Below, piece by piece: positions 1 to 9,818 of a stretch of DNA of 47,081 bases. Both the position numbers and the translations under genes were made by a program. The stretch spans positions 1-47,081 of the forward strand of contig JBEGVZ010000128.1 of assembly GCA_041178085.1 (NCBI GenBank), written 5' to 3'. The notes beneath the pieces are model-generated. The model was not told the origin of the DNA, did no database searches, and worked only from the letters and a program-made list of their open reading frames with translations. The stretch comes from Pseudomonadota bacterium. Lineage in GTDB: Bacteria; Bdellovibrionota_B; Oligoflexia; Oligoflexales; RGVZ01. Position 1 is the stretch's first letter, and each line of letters begins with the position of its first letter.

Positions 1-2
1 AG

Positions 3-260
3 CATTTTTACTTCAGAAAGGGCCGATACGAACTTGATAGCTGGAATAACCCAAAGCACCTCCCCAACGGAATTCCGGCGATCATGGCTTTCGGCGCCGG
101 CTTGCTTGGCGCATTTCTTGGCGGTTCGCAGCCGCTATTTACGGGGCCATTGGCCAAAATACTTATGAATGCGGACGTCGGGTTTGAACTGAGCATTTTG
201 CTTTCATCGGTGACCTATTTCTGGCTCCGAAAATCCAGGTTGCCCTCCTTTTCCCAGTAA
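3..260 (+). CDS. NCS1-family purine/cytosine permease (FCY2/CodB-like), C-terminal fragment truncated by the window edge
   Basis: Not in the ORF track. My translation of frame 3 reads HFYFRKGRYELDSWNNPKHLPNGIPAIMAFGAGLLGAFLGGSQPLFTGPLAKILMNADVGFELSILLSSVTYFWLRKSRLPSFSQ* (TAA 258-260), resembling the last two TM helices of FCY2-type permeases (GPxA...DxGFE). Confidence 0.75.
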   Translation, partial: HFYFRKGRYELDSWNNPKHLPNGIPAIMAFGAGLLGAFLGGSQPLFTGPLAKILMNADVGFELSILLSSVTYFWLRKSRLPSFSQ

Positions 261-364
261 TGAGTTCCAGTCGCGATTGTTGCCGAGGGTTGATCTCGCA
301 ACGCGCGGTGGGCAGGGGGACTATTATCCGGGGCGCTTGTGCGGGAGCTCCTGGGTGAAAGGCT

Positions 365-373
365 TGTTATAAT
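365..373 (+). promoter_or_regulatory. Candidate extended -10 sigma70 promoter (TGnTATAAT) for the 465..1229 gene
   Basis: TGTTATAAT at 365-373 in an AT-rich intergenic patch; a GAGGGG RBS precedes ATG 465. Confidence 0.45.
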
Positions 374-464
374 TATTCATAAAAACGGGCACTTGCCAGG
401 GCCTCGTGCTTCCTTTTAAGGTTGGCCTTAATGGCTCCGATAAGGTCTAAGTTGAGGGGAACGC

Positions 465-1229
465 ATGCTGTCTTCCCGAAGGGCCATTTTTGCGACCTTT
501 GCACTGTTGCTTTTTGGTAACGGTTGCTCGGATTCCAATTTCTCTTCGAAAAGCCGGATGAAGGCGCCCAAGGAACCCGGAAAATCAGATCTTTTGCCTC
601 TTCCGCCTGCGCAATCGCCGCCCCCGGAGCCGCGTTGTGAAATCAATTTGTCTTACAATCCCTCGGAAGTCGGTTGTCACATCCCTGTCAATGCCAATCA
701 TATCTGGAGGAACTCCCTCGGGTGGCGAGACCTCGTGACTGCCTTTCCTGCATCCGACTCCGCCAACGCCGGATTCATCAGTCCCTTGCCTTTTGCAAAT
801 GGTCAGACGGATCGTTGTCCTCTGGTCCCTGGTATCGAAAAACTGATCTACGTCAGTCACATCAAGGTTGCGTCTGCGGGGCGCTTTAGCTTCTCATCGA
901 TCATTGACGATTCTGGCAATGTCCGGATCTGGAAAAACTCGGATCCCAGACAAGAGGTTATCAATGCCGTCGGCAACGGCTTGCAGCTCGCCGCTGGCAG
1001 CGTCGAACTCGAACCCACCGGTTACGCGATTGTGATAGATGCGACGGATTCTGGTGCCATCACGACGGGCATGGCTTTCACCATGGCTGATGCAACGGGG
1101 CAGGTCGTGAAGCGTTCTTCTGGCAACGATGGCTGGTGCATCTTCCGCGTGCCAGCCGGCGAGGACGTTGCATCCTTCGTTCCGCGAGCTGCGGGTTGCA
1201 GACCGTGTTTTGGTGCCTCAAGCCCCTGA
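465..1229 (+). CDS. Secreted lipoprotein with Pro-rich linker and possible PA14/GLEYA-like beta-sandwich domain
   Basis: Lipobox-like LLLFGNGC; PPAQSPPPEP linker; GRFSFSSIIDDSG resembles the PA14 DD motif; several Cys. Confidence 0.55.
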   Translation: MLSSRRAIFATFALLLFGNGCSDSNFSSKSRMKAPKEPGKSDLLPLPPAQSPPPEPRCEINLSYNPSEVGCHIPVNANHIWRNSLGWRDLVTAFPASDSANAGFISPLPFANGQTDRCPLVPGIEKLIYVSHIKVASAGRFSFSSIIDDSGNVRIWKNSDPRQEVINAVGNGLQLAAGSVELEPTGYAIVIDATDSGAITTGMAFTMADATGQVVKRSSGNDGWCIFRVPAGEDVASFVPRAAGCRPCFGASSP

Positions 1230-1240
1230 CAGATTTGTGA

Positions 1241-2071
1241 TCAGGGTTTGACTTCTTCTTTCAGCAGGACTTTCAGAACATCTTTGGGCAGGCCCGGCAG
1301 TGCCTTTTGCAAGTAGCGCTCGTAAACCTTGCTGTAAGGATCTTTCTGCTGCTCCGCGCTGAGTGCATCCACGTAGGACTTGTAATACTTCTCATGGGCC
1401 CGCGGAGAAAAGGCGACGAAAACGTTCCACAAGGGGTCTGGCAACCGGATCGCAACAAAGTCCTCTAGTATTTTCATCTCCGATGCCATGAAAACCAGCT
1501 CGCCAATAGTCGGTGAATAGACGCCGTCCAGCCTGTCCCGGCGTGCCATCCGCAGCGATATTTGCAAGGCGTCATCGCCAGGCTGGTAGCTAATCCGGTC
1601 TTTGATCTTCTTCATGGTTTCGGTGAGCGGCATCCCTCCCTTGGTCCCGATCCGGAGGTTTGTTTTGCCTTCAAGCTCCTTCCAGGTTTTTACTCCCAGG
1701 CGCCTGGACACCAGGATGCCCGGAATCGTCGCGGTGAATGGGGCGGTCGGCTTCACGGCAAGGGACGGATTCGCGCCGATGCGGTTGATCAGGTCGATCT
1801 CGTTGCTGTTCACTTTGGAGATCAATCGCGACAGTGGCAGAAACTCGTACTTGAAGCGTACTCCCATCCGGGTCCCGATTCGTTCCAGGAATTCGTACGC
1901 AGGCCCCCCGGGCTTGCCGTCCATGTGCAGGCTGTCCGGCGGGACGTGATTGTAACCCACCTTCAATGTCGGGGGATCGTTTGCCGGAAGTGAGGGACCC
2001 GCCCCCTGAGCAAGGGTGGTCCAGTGCGCCAACATCAATCCGGCAACGGCCGGGCGGATAAAGTATTTCAT
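1241..2071 (-). CDS. Family-3 (amino acid type) extracellular solute-binding protein, orphan
   Basis: Signal peptide; LKVGYNHVPP, G..YEFLERI, LPLSRL, RLDG motifs typical of SBP_bac_3; GGAG RBS upstream. Confidence 0.75.
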   Translation of the reverse strand: MKYFIRPAVAGLMLAHWTTLAQGAGPSLPANDPPTLKVGYNHVPPDSLHMDGKPGGPAYEFLERIGTRMGVRFKYEFLPLSRLISKVNSNEIDLINRIGANPSLAVKPTAPFTATIPGILVSRRLGVKTWKELEGKTNLRIGTKGGMPLTETMKKIKDRISYQPGDDALQISLRMARRDRLDGVYSPTIGELVFMASEMKILEDFVAIRLPDPLWNVFVAFSPRAHEKYYKSYVDALSAEQQKDPYSKVYERYLQKALPGLPKDVLKVLLKEEVKP

Positions 2072-2119
2072 GGCTCCATTTTAACCCATAAATGGTCGTT
2101 TTCCATGACCCTTTCGGGG

Positions 2120-2148
2120 GTGACAATTGGTGGGCCTGGGAATAGACT
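2120..2148 (+). promoter_or_regulatory. Candidate sigma70 promoter GTGACA-N17-TAGACT just upstream of ATG 2156 (possible leaderless transcript)
   Basis: GTGACA 2120-2125, 17-nt spacer, TAGACT 2143-2148; ATG at 2156 with no obvious SD. Confidence 0.45.
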
Positions 2149-2155
2149 TTTGCCC

Positions 2156-5100
2156 ATGAAACACAGCAGATTGCAGGATAACGATCCGGTGTCATTCCAG
2201 ATTCCGTACTATAGCGATTACATTTCACCTGCACTGGCGCGACACCTTCTGGCCCGTGGTACCCCGGTTGCTGGGGTAAATGGTTTGTTGGAGGTAGGAA
2301 AGGGCGGCGGACTGGAAAACCCGGATTCGCTTCGCTTCCTGGTCGAGCTTTACCGCAGGGTACAGCCTCATCTGGCCAGGGTTTTGAAGCGCCGGCAGGC
2401 CGATCGCAAGTTCATCGACGAACGCGTACGCGCCTGCTTTGAGTTCAATCGCAAGATCGGTCGCGACATTCATGATGTGGATTATAAGACGGTCATAGGC
2501 CTGGAGGACTCCGAGGGCCGCGTGGTGGTGGGGCCCAAGGGTGCGCACTATTCCGCTGGTGGTGGCAAGCCGGTTGCGCCGATCCCCGAATATCTTCAAG
2601 GTCCTCACGTCACGCTTTTTGGCCCTCCCGATTCAGCCAAGATGGCAATCAATGCCATGAACGCCTGGCATCGCAAGCTGAAGGGCGAGCCGGCAGTCGT
2701 GGAAAAACTTCTGGTCGCGCGACCCGTTGCTCCCAAGTGGGGTGCTGATGACGAGGATTCAAAAACCCCGATCCGTCAGGACTTGCTCGATGCAGCCGTT
2801 AATCTGACGGGTTGTTTCAATCGCAACTTGGAGCTCAGGGAGGGGGATCGTCATTACCGCCTTGCGAGTGAAAACCTGTCGGCGCCCATCAAGCGTTTTC
2901 CGGGGCTGGCCCTTCCTTGCACGTTTCTGTTTCTTGACGGCAATCCGCTTCCCCTTCACATGTACGATTTTGCGTTGCATCTTTACGAAAACTGGCGAAC
3001 CCCGGAAGCTCTTTGTTTTTATGTTCCCAAGCTGGAAAACGAGGAAGAGGCTGCCTACATCCATGACATGATCACGCAGGCCGAGGCAATGATTCGCGAG
3101 ATGCACCCGCAGTACCAGGCGGGCACGGTACGCTTGATGATTGTTCTGGAGAATCCCCGTGCAATCCTGCGCGCCCACGAAATCATGGATGCCCTCTATC
3201 CCTATTTTGCCGGCGCATCCCTTGGCTGGCATGACTACCTGGGATCCACGGCGCGCCTGTTCAAGGAAGACGGTAACTACCGGATTCCGGTCAAAGCCGA
3301 TCCCAACATTGTGATCAAGTACATCAAAGCCTCTCACTCCCTTCTTGCTGATGTTGTCGGGTCGCGGGGCGGCATCAAGGTTGGTGGAATGTACGGCATC
3401 CTGCCAGTTCAGGCCGATCTTGCCAGCCCCTCATTCCAGGTCACGCTGAAAGGATTTTTCAAGGACGTGATCACGCAAATGAAGCGAGACCTGACGGGAT
3501 TCTGGGTGGCTCATCCTGACTTTGTGCGCCTTGGCATCGCGCTTGTCCAGGCCTGGGAACGCCATGCCAAAGGTGACTCTGGGCCGCTTGCAGAACTGGT
3601 CGATGGCATTTTTACGACGGACGCCCACCGCAAGGAAGTGATGAATTTCATCCATGGTCCTGACATGGAGGGGTTGGACCCGGGTCACCCGAACTACGTT
3701 CGCTCCCTGCTGGTCGCGGATATCAAGGAATCTGATTTCATCGCCAATAACCATCCGGATGAAATCCGGTACAACGTCTTCCAATCCCTGCAATATTTGA
3801 CTGACTGGCTGTGTGGCAACGGGTGCGTCGCATTGCCCACAGTCGTAGACGGTCTTCCTGTTCGTGTGATGGACGATCTGGCCACGGCCGAAAGATCACG
3901 TTGGGAAGTCTGGCACGAAATCCGCCACGGACGGTTCAAGGTCGAGGAATTCCTGCGCATCGCGCATGAAGAAATGCGTTTTATCCGGAAGGATCTTTCC
4001 GATGGCAAGAAGATCGTCCAGGTAAATTACGATGAACGTACGGCGAAATGGTATCCAGTCGCCTTCCGGATCATGATCCTGCTCATGACTTCAGAGAAAC
4101 CAGTGGAATTTGCGCCGGAGCTTCTGATGCCATTCACGGTGGATTCCATTCGCCAAGCTGATGATCCGTGGAGTGCAGTGCTGGCGATTGATCCGGAAAA
4201 ATACACCGCTGATCCTCTCATCGAGCGATGGAATTACATTTTTGAGCGTATCAGCTGTGCGGCGCTGGCCAATGATCTGTCGCGCGGTCCTGTGCTCGAT
4301 CCGGCAGCAGTCGAATTGCGGATTAAAAACTTTACGGTAGAGGAAATCCGGGAGGCAGCTGGGTTTCACGGCGACATTGGTGAGGCGCCTCGATCGCTGG
4401 ATCACCTTGCCAAGGGCGAACAGAAACTGGTCAGCACGGGTAGCGACCCTTTGCGCGAGGAATTGCGTGCGCTGGGCCAGTCTTATCTTGAACGCCACGG
4501 TTTCAAGTTCCTGGTTTCCGCGCAGGGGAAGTCGGGCGAGGAACTGCTCGCCGTCCTGAAGAAAAGGATCCAGCAACCAACTCAGTCTGAAATTGAAAAC
4601 GCGCGGGAGGCTCTTTGGCAGATCGCCCGGAAGCGGATCAGCGCCAGCCCCTTTGACGATGTCCGGGAACAGGTTGCTGTGCTGGCAAGAAACCATGGCA
4701 TTTGCGGCGTTCAAGTGGCTGTCGCTGACCGGCACGGAGTCAGTGATATCTGTGAGGGACTGGTCCAGCCGGATGGGCATCCGGTAACACCGACGACACT
4801 TTTTGAGATTGCATCCCTGAGCAAGTCGGTCGGATCCGCTTTTGCGTTGGAGTATTTTTCGGCTCGCGGCATCTCCCTGGATACCAAAGTCAACGAATTG
4901 CTGCGCCGGTCGGGTTCACCGGTTCGTTTGCAGTCTTCTGGGGATCCCTCGTGGGCCGAAGAAGTCTCTTTGACCCACTTGATGTCTCATTCAGCGATGA
5001 ACATGCACTATGTGAAGGGCGTGGATCGTCGGCGTCCGATGCCACGCGCGATTGATTTTCTTGCTTCCGGTGCAGAACATGGATACGAGCCGATTCAAGT

Positions 5101-6895
5101 CGTCGGAAAGCCCGGTTCCCGTTTCCGGTACTCGGGTGGCGGTTTCATCGTCCTTGAACACCTGATCGAAGCCCTGGAAAAACGCTCCATTGAGGACGTT
5201 ACCCGGCAGTTTCTTGACCGGATTGCTGGTACGGGATTGACGTTTGGACAACATCCGGAAAGTTCGCTGGCTGTTGCGGCCGGCCTGTTCGATCATGGCC
5301 AGATGGTTCCCGGCGGGCGACTCAATTTTCCGGCCTTTGCGGCGGGAGCCCTTGGATCTGCACGGGGCATGATTACTTTTCTCCGCCATCTGCAGGTTGC
5401 CTTTAAAGATCTCGAAGGTTCGGGCGTAATTTCCCACGACACTGCAGTTTGCATGCTCCGTGGCCGCGACCTGGGTGCCCGGGAGTTCATGGGCTGCGAC
5501 ATGGGTCTTGGAGTTTTCGTTGCCGAGATGGGAGCCAACCGGGTGGCGATCCACCAAGGTGCCAACGAAGGTTTCCGTGCAATTTACTTACATGTTGTCG
5601 ATGGTCCTGACTGCGGCAAGGGATTTGTCATCTTATGCAACGCCGATAACCGCGGCGTGCTTTTCATCGCCGAAGTTGCGTCTGTACTCTTCAAGCATCT
5701 CAAGCTGTCAGGCCTGGACATGGACAAACTGGGCGGAGCCTTTGACTTGAAGGCCTTCACACAGGAACAGATCGTCAACGCCGGTTACAAGCAGCTACTG
5801 TTTTCTGCGTTCCAGCCGACCTTGCCTGGGGCGATTGAGCGGCATCCCGGTGACAAGCGTGAACCCCTGTGGGACAGGAATCTTTTGGGTGAATCCCTGA
5901 TCCTGTCCGCGAGCAACCAGCGTTTTGCCCGTGCAGAAAATCTGGTCAGCCCTTATGCCCCCGTTTTTGATCCAATGCTGTACGACCCGCAAGGCAAGGT
6001 GATGGACAGTTGGGAGACGTCGCGACACAACGACCTCCCATGTGATTTCCTTGAGTTGCGCATGAAGCGGCCAGGCCAGCCGCGCTTTGTCAGGCTGTCG
6101 ACGGAATTCCACGACGGCAACCAGGCGCCTTTTGTCCGGATTCTTGGGCGTTCCAGCCAGGTCGATTCCTGGCATGAACTCCTGCCCATGACGGCAATGG
6201 ATGGTCATTCGGAGCGACTTGTTTCGGTCGCGAATGCGGGACTGATCCATGACGTCCGGATCGAGATTCACCCCGATGGTGGACTTTCTCGCGTGGGGCT
6301 TTACGAGGATATTCCAGAGGAATGGCTGCCCCGCTTCAAGAATCTGGCAGAGTCAACGTGTGCGCGCCATGCACAGCCGATTCCTGTGCCACAAAAGCCA
6401 CTCACGATTCCTTATAAGTCGAGCTCCAAAGACACGGCTCAGTACGTGGCCAATGCCCCCGAAATCGACTGGGCATCGGCAGCATCTGGTGCGACAGTAT
6501 TGCTCGCAACCAACGAACATTATGGTCCTGCAGCCCAGGTGATTTCGCCGTTTCCGGCAATCCACATGTTTGATGGGCTGGAGTCCGCGCGCAGCCGGAA
6601 GCCTGGCCATTATGAGGAAGTTGTAATCCGCCTGGGCAAGGAAGTGACTCCGGGACGGATCGTTTTCGACTTCCAGCACTTCGTGAACAATAATCCGCGA
6701 TTTGTCCAGGTCTTCGGCAAGAAGGATGGAGATTGGCGGGAGTTGACGCCCCCGATCGCTGTGAAGGCTTTTGCTGGGAATTTGAAAGAGGTCAGGCTCG
6801 AGGCCGCTTTCAAGACCGGAGAAATATTGGTCCGGACTCTGCCGGACGGTGGCATCAACCGGCTTCACGTCTTCCAGGCAAAAGCCGGAGATTGA
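2156..6895 (+). CDS. Four-domain fusion: malate synthase A + OHCU decarboxylase + beta-lactamase-family serine hydrolase + allantoicase
   Basis: Malate synthase (~2156-4200): DDEDS, YVPKLE, VLEN, GWHDY, GFWVAHPD, GNGCV, MDDLATAERSR. OHCU decarboxylase (~4230-4640): HGDIG, EQ, YLERHGFKFLV..GKSGEELL, IARKR. Serine hydrolase (~4660-5710): FEIASLSK, LMSHS, FRYSGGG, HQG. Allantoicase double repeat (~5870-6880): MDSWETSRH/FDGLESARSR, PDGGLSRV/PDGGINRL. Start placed at ATG 2156 because the track start at 2024 overlaps the divergent gene. Confidence 0.9.
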   Translation: MKHSRLQDNDPVSFQIPYYSDYISPALARHLLARGTPVAGVNGLLEVGKGGGLENPDSLRFLVELYRRVQPHLARVLKRRQADRKFIDERVRACFEFNRKIGRDIHDVDYKTVIGLEDSEGRVVVGPKGAHYSAGGGKPVAPIPEYLQGPHVTLFGPPDSAKMAINAMNAWHRKLKGEPAVVEKLLVARPVAPKWGADDEDSKTPIRQDLLDAAVNLTGCFNRNLELREGDRHYRLASENLSAPIKRFPGLALPCTFLFLDGNPLPLHMYDFALHLYENWRTPEALCFYVPKLENEEEAAYIHDMITQAEAMIREMHPQYQAGTVRLMIVLENPRAILRAHEIMDALYPYFAGASLGWHDYLGSTARLFKEDGNYRIPVKADPNIVIKYIKASHSLLADVVGSRGGIKVGGMYGILPVQADLASPSFQVTLKGFFKDVITQMKRDLTGFWVAHPDFVRLGIALVQAWERHAKGDSGPLAELVDGIFTTDAHRKEVMNFIHGPDMEGLDPGHPNYVRSLLVADIKESDFIANNHPDEIRYNVFQSLQYLTDWLCGNGCVALPTVVDGLPVRVMDDLATAERSRWEVWHEIRHGRFKVEEFLRIAHEEMRFIRKDLSDGKKIVQVNYDERTAKWYPVAFRIMILLMTSEKPVEFAPELLMPFTVDSIRQADDPWSAVLAIDPEKYTADPLIERWNYIFERISCAALANDLSRGPVLDPAAVELRIKNFTVEEIREAAGFHGDIGEAPRSLDHLAKGEQKLVSTGSDPLREELRALGQSYLERHGFKFLVSAQGKSGEELLAVLKKRIQQPTQSEIENAREALWQIARKRISASPFDDVREQVAVLARNHGICGVQVAVADRHGVSDICEGLVQPDGHPVTPTTLFEIASLSKSVGSAFALEYFSARGISLDTKVNELLRRSGSPVRLQSSGDPSWAEEVSLTHLMSHSAMNMHYVKGVDRRRPMPRAIDFLASGAEHGYEPIQVVGKPGSRFRYSGGGFIVLEHLIEALEKRSIEDVTRQFLDRIAGTGLTFGQHPESSLAVAAGLFDHGQMVPGGRLNFPAFAAGALGSARGMITFLRHLQVAFKDLEGSGVISHDTAVCMLRGRDLGAREFMGCDMGLGVFVAEMGANRVAIHQGANEGFRAIYLHVVDGPDCGKGFVILCNADNRGVLFIAEVASVLFKHLKLSGLDMDKLGGAFDLKAFTQEQIVNAGYKQLLFSAFQPTLPGAIERHPGDKREPLWDRNLLGESLILSASNQRFARAENLVSPYAPVFDPMLYDPQGKVMDSWETSRHNDLPCDFLELRMKRPGQPRFVRLSTEFHDGNQAPFVRILGRSSQVDSWHELLPMTAMDGHSERLVSVANAGLIHDVRIEIHPDGGLSRVGLYEDIPEEWLPRFKNLAESTCARHAQPIPVPQKPLTIPYKSSSKDTAQYVANAPEIDWASAASGATVLLATNEHYGPAAQVISPFPAIHMFDGLESARSRKPGHYEEVVIRLGKEVTPGRIVFDFQHFVNNNPRFVQVFGKKDGDWRELTPPIAVKAFAGNLKEVRLEAAFKTGEILVRTLPDGGINRLHVFQAKAGD

Positions 6896-6923
6896 CGCAA
6901 AGCAGCGCAGGGGGTTGTGGACG

Positions 6924-7664
6924 ATGCGATGGCTAGTTTCACTTGCAGTTTTGGCAGGCGTCGTTGTTGCTCCATTGGCATTTGCAGGAGACGAAACGCC
7001 GATCGTTGCTACGGAGCTAGCGCCGTACGCATGGTCGGGTCCGGATGGCCCCAAAGGTGTCATGGTCGAGTTGGTCCAGGCCATGGCAAAAAAAGTCGGT
7101 CACTCTGGTAAGGTGGATTTGATTTCCTGGAATCGTGCACAGCAAATGACCGCCTCAGCGTCAGGCGGCGCACCCCGTCTGATCTTGCCTTTAATTCGGT
7201 CCCCGGAACGTGAAAGCCGTTATCAATGGATCCTGCCTTTGATCGAGGATGAGACGGTGTTCCTGACCATGAAAGGCAAGCGACCCGCAGTCAATTCCAG
7301 GGCGGATTTGGCAAATCTCAGGGTGGGTGTGCTTGATGGTAGTCCCCTTGAACCATGGCTGGAACGCGAGAAGACCGGTGCAGTCGATGCGGCCCCGACG
7401 CAGGCCATCAATGCCCGGAAATTATACGCAGGCAGGATCGATGCATGGTTCGTCGTCCGGATGGTCGGGCTTTATGAATTTAAAGCGGCTGGTTTCGATG
7501 TCAAACAACTCGAGCAGGGATTCAGCCTTCGTCCCATCGTTTTATATCTTGCGGCTTCGCCCGGATTTCCATCCACAGCAGCAAAATCTTGGCGTGACGC
7601 CTTTGAGGCGATCAAGAAAGATGGCACATACAAGCGGATCTTGGATCGTTACAAATCGCTTTGA
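6924..7664 (+). CDS. Family-3 extracellular solute-binding protein, orphan
   Basis: Signal peptide from ATG 6924; ELAPY, GVMVEL, SWNRAQ, RSPERE, GRIDAW, IKKDGTYKRILDRY motifs. Confidence 0.85.
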   Translation: MRWLVSLAVLAGVVVAPLAFAGDETPIVATELAPYAWSGPDGPKGVMVELVQAMAKKVGHSGKVDLISWNRAQQMTASASGGAPRLILPLIRSPERESRYQWILPLIEDETVFLTMKGKRPAVNSRADLANLRVGVLDGSPLEPWLEREKTGAVDAAPTQAINARKLYAGRIDAWFVVRMVGLYEFKAAGFDVKQLEQGFSLRPIVLYLAASPGFPSTAAKSWRDAFEAIKKDGTYKRILDRYKSL

Positions 7665-7686
7665 ACCACACAGGCTGTTGCAGCGA

Positions 7687-8661
7687 TCACCGGTGGGCTT
7701 TGGCCAGCCATGCGATCGTCTGCTCGATCCCCGATTCCAGCGTGGTTGAAGGTCTCCAGCCCGTCCTTGCAAGCAGTGTGGTGTCCAGGCGCTTGACCGG
7801 TGTCCCGTCCGGTTTGGACGGATCAAAACGGATCGCTCCCTTGTAGCCGGTGCGTGCGGCAATGAGGGCTGCCAGCTCCGATATCGACAGGTCTACACCG
7901 GTGCCAATATTAATGTGAGAAAACCCTGGTGCGTTGTACCCCTTGCTGCTGAAGAAATCCTGGTCGATTACCTCAGTCAGGTGGACGACGGCGTCGGCAC
8001 AGTCGGCTGCGAACATGAATTCCCTCCGAGGCGTCCCGGTCCCCCACACCACGACCTCAGTTTCTCCCCTCGATTTTGCTTCCATGAAGCGACGGATCAG
8101 CGCGGGAATCACATGGCTGTTGTCGGGATGGAAATTGTCGCCGGGGCCGTAGAGGTTTGTGGGCATGACGGTAAAATAATCCCGGCCATGCTGGCGGCGC
8201 AAGCTGTTCACCAGTTCCATTCCGGCAATCTTAGCTACAGCATACGGCTGGTTTGTCGGTTCGAGTGATCCCGTCAATAAAGATGCTTCGCTGATTGGTT
8301 GCGGGCACTTGCGTGGGTAGGCGCAACTACTCGATAAGAAGACCAGCCGGCGGACGTTGCTGGTGTGTGCCGCCCAGATCACATTATGGTTGATGGCCAG
8401 ATTTTCGTGGATGAAATCAGCGCGGTATTTATCATTGGCGACGATGCCGCCCACCTTTGCTGCGGCGACGAAGACCACATCTGGCTTTTCCGTTGCAAGA
8501 AAGTGAAACGTCGCCGCCTGGTCACACAAGTCAAGTTCCGCCCTGGTGCGAACCAGGAGGTTACGGTAGCCACGATGTGAGAGGTTTGCGACGATTGCGC
8601 TGCCGACGAGTCCCTTGTGTCCTGCAATGAATATCCGGTCTGATGGTGAAATCGCTTTCAC
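7687..8661 (-). CDS. fcl: GDP-L-fucose synthase
   Basis: [59 protein letters not shown]. Confidence 0.95.
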   Translation of the reverse strand: MKAISPSDRIFIAGHKGLVGSAIVANLSHRGYRNLLVRTRAELDLCDQAATFHFLATEKPDVVFVAAAKVGGIVANDKYRADFIHENLAINHNVIWAAHTSNVRRLVFLSSSCAYPRKCPQPISEASLLTGSLEPTNQPYAVAKIAGMELVNSLRRQHGRDYFTVMPTNLYGPGDNFHPDNSHVIPALIRRFMEAKSRGETEVVVWGTGTPRREFMFAADCADAVVHLTEVIDQDFFSSKGYNAPGFSHINIGTGVDLSISELAALIAARTGYKGAIRFDPSKPDGTPVKRLDTTLLARTGWRPSTTLESGIEQTIAWLAKAHR

Positions 8662-9818
8662 GGGTGTGGCTCCGTCAGTATGCCCGGATTTTTTTCAATC
8701 CAAGCCAGAAAGCCCCCGTCTAGAGTGGCGAGTTCTGCGACGACCTGCTTGTGCATGGGATCTGGATGCATCTTCTGTTGCAAACGATATAGATCTGCAA
8801 GGACCATTTCCCGGCAGAGTTCTTCCAAAGCGACCGTTGCGCGCCAGCCCAGCTTTCTTTGAGCCTTGTCAGAGTCACCGGACAAGCGCCCGACCTCCGA
8901 AGGACGACGATAGCGTGGATCAATCCTGACGACGGTCTTGCCGGTTTTTGTATCGATGGCAATCTCGTGGTCCCCGGATCCCTTGAATTGAAGATGGATC
9001 CCGGCCACGTCAAAGGCGAGTTTCAGAAAGTCCCTGACACTGCTGGTTTTGCCAGTGGCAATGACATAGTCATCCGGATCGGGTGCCTGCATCATGCGCC
9101 ACATGGCGTCCACATAGTCCCGCGCATGCCCCCAGTCACGCTGGGCGTCAAGGTTCCCCAGATAGAGGCACTCCTCCAAGCCATACTTTATCCTGGCTAC
9201 GCTGCGGGTGATTTTCCGGGTGACAAAGGTTTCGCCGCGCAACGGGCTCTCGTGGTTGAACAGAATTCCATTGCTGGCGTGAATTCCGTATGCGTCGCGG
9301 TAATTGACGGTCGTCCAATAGGCGTAGAGCTTTGCTGTTGCGTACGGACTGGCAGGACAAAACGGCGTCGTCTCAGACTGGACGGGTGCACCCGTCTTGC
9401 CGAAGAGTTCGCTGGTTGAGGCCTGGTAGAAACGGGTTTTGCGCTCAAGGCCAAGGATCCTGATTGATTCCAGCAAGCGCAGGGTACCAAGGGCGTCCGT
9501 ATTTGCCGTGTACTCTGGCGTCTCAAAGCTGACGTGAACATGGCTTTGTGCCGCCAGGTTGTAGATCTCGTCCGGCTGGGTTTCCTGTACGATGCGGATG
9601 ATGTTGGTGCTGTCGGTCAAGTCGCCATGATGCAGGAAAAAACGCGCTTCAGGGTCGTGTGGATCCTGGTAAATATGGTCGATCCTGCCCGTGTTGAAGG
9701 AGCTGGTGCGCCGCTTGATACCATGAACCTTGTAGCCCTTTTGCAGCAGAAGGTGGGCAAGGTAGGCCCCGTCCTGTCCAGTTACTCCACTGATCAATGC
9801 TGTTCTTTGTTTTGCCAT
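8658..9818 (-). CDS. gmd: GDP-mannose 4,6-dehydratase
   Basis: [55 protein letters not shown]; start set to MAKQ (9818); 4-bp overlap with fcl. Confidence 0.97.
   Translation of the reverse strand: MAKQRTALISGVTGQDGAYLAHLLLQKGYKVHGIKRRTSSFNTGRIDHIYQDPHDPEARFFLHHGDLTDSTNIIRIVQETQPDEIYNLAAQSHVHVSFETPEYTANTDALGTLRLLESIRILGLERKTRFYQASTSELFGKTGAPVQSETTPFCPASPYATAKLYAYWTTVNYRDAYGIHASNGILFNHESPLRGETFVTRKITRSVARIKYGLEECLYLGNLDAQRDWGHARDYVDAMWRMMQAPDPDDYVIATGKTSSVRDFLKLAFDVAGIHLQFKGSGDHEIAIDTKTGKTVVRIDPRYRRPSEVGRLSGDSDKAQRKLGWRATVALEELCREMVLADLYRLQQKMHPDPMHKQVVAELATLDGGFLAWIEKNPGILTEPHP

Noticed and set aside
2024..2155. ORF-track N-terminal extension of the polyprotein
   Set aside because: It overlaps the divergent SBP gene start and contains a promoter-like sequence; ATG 2156 is more plausible.
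4660..5710. Antibiotic-resistance beta-lactamase
   Set aside because: The domain is internal to a cytoplasmic metabolic fusion, has no signal peptide, and has YSG/HQG rather than the AmpC YxN/KTG motifs.
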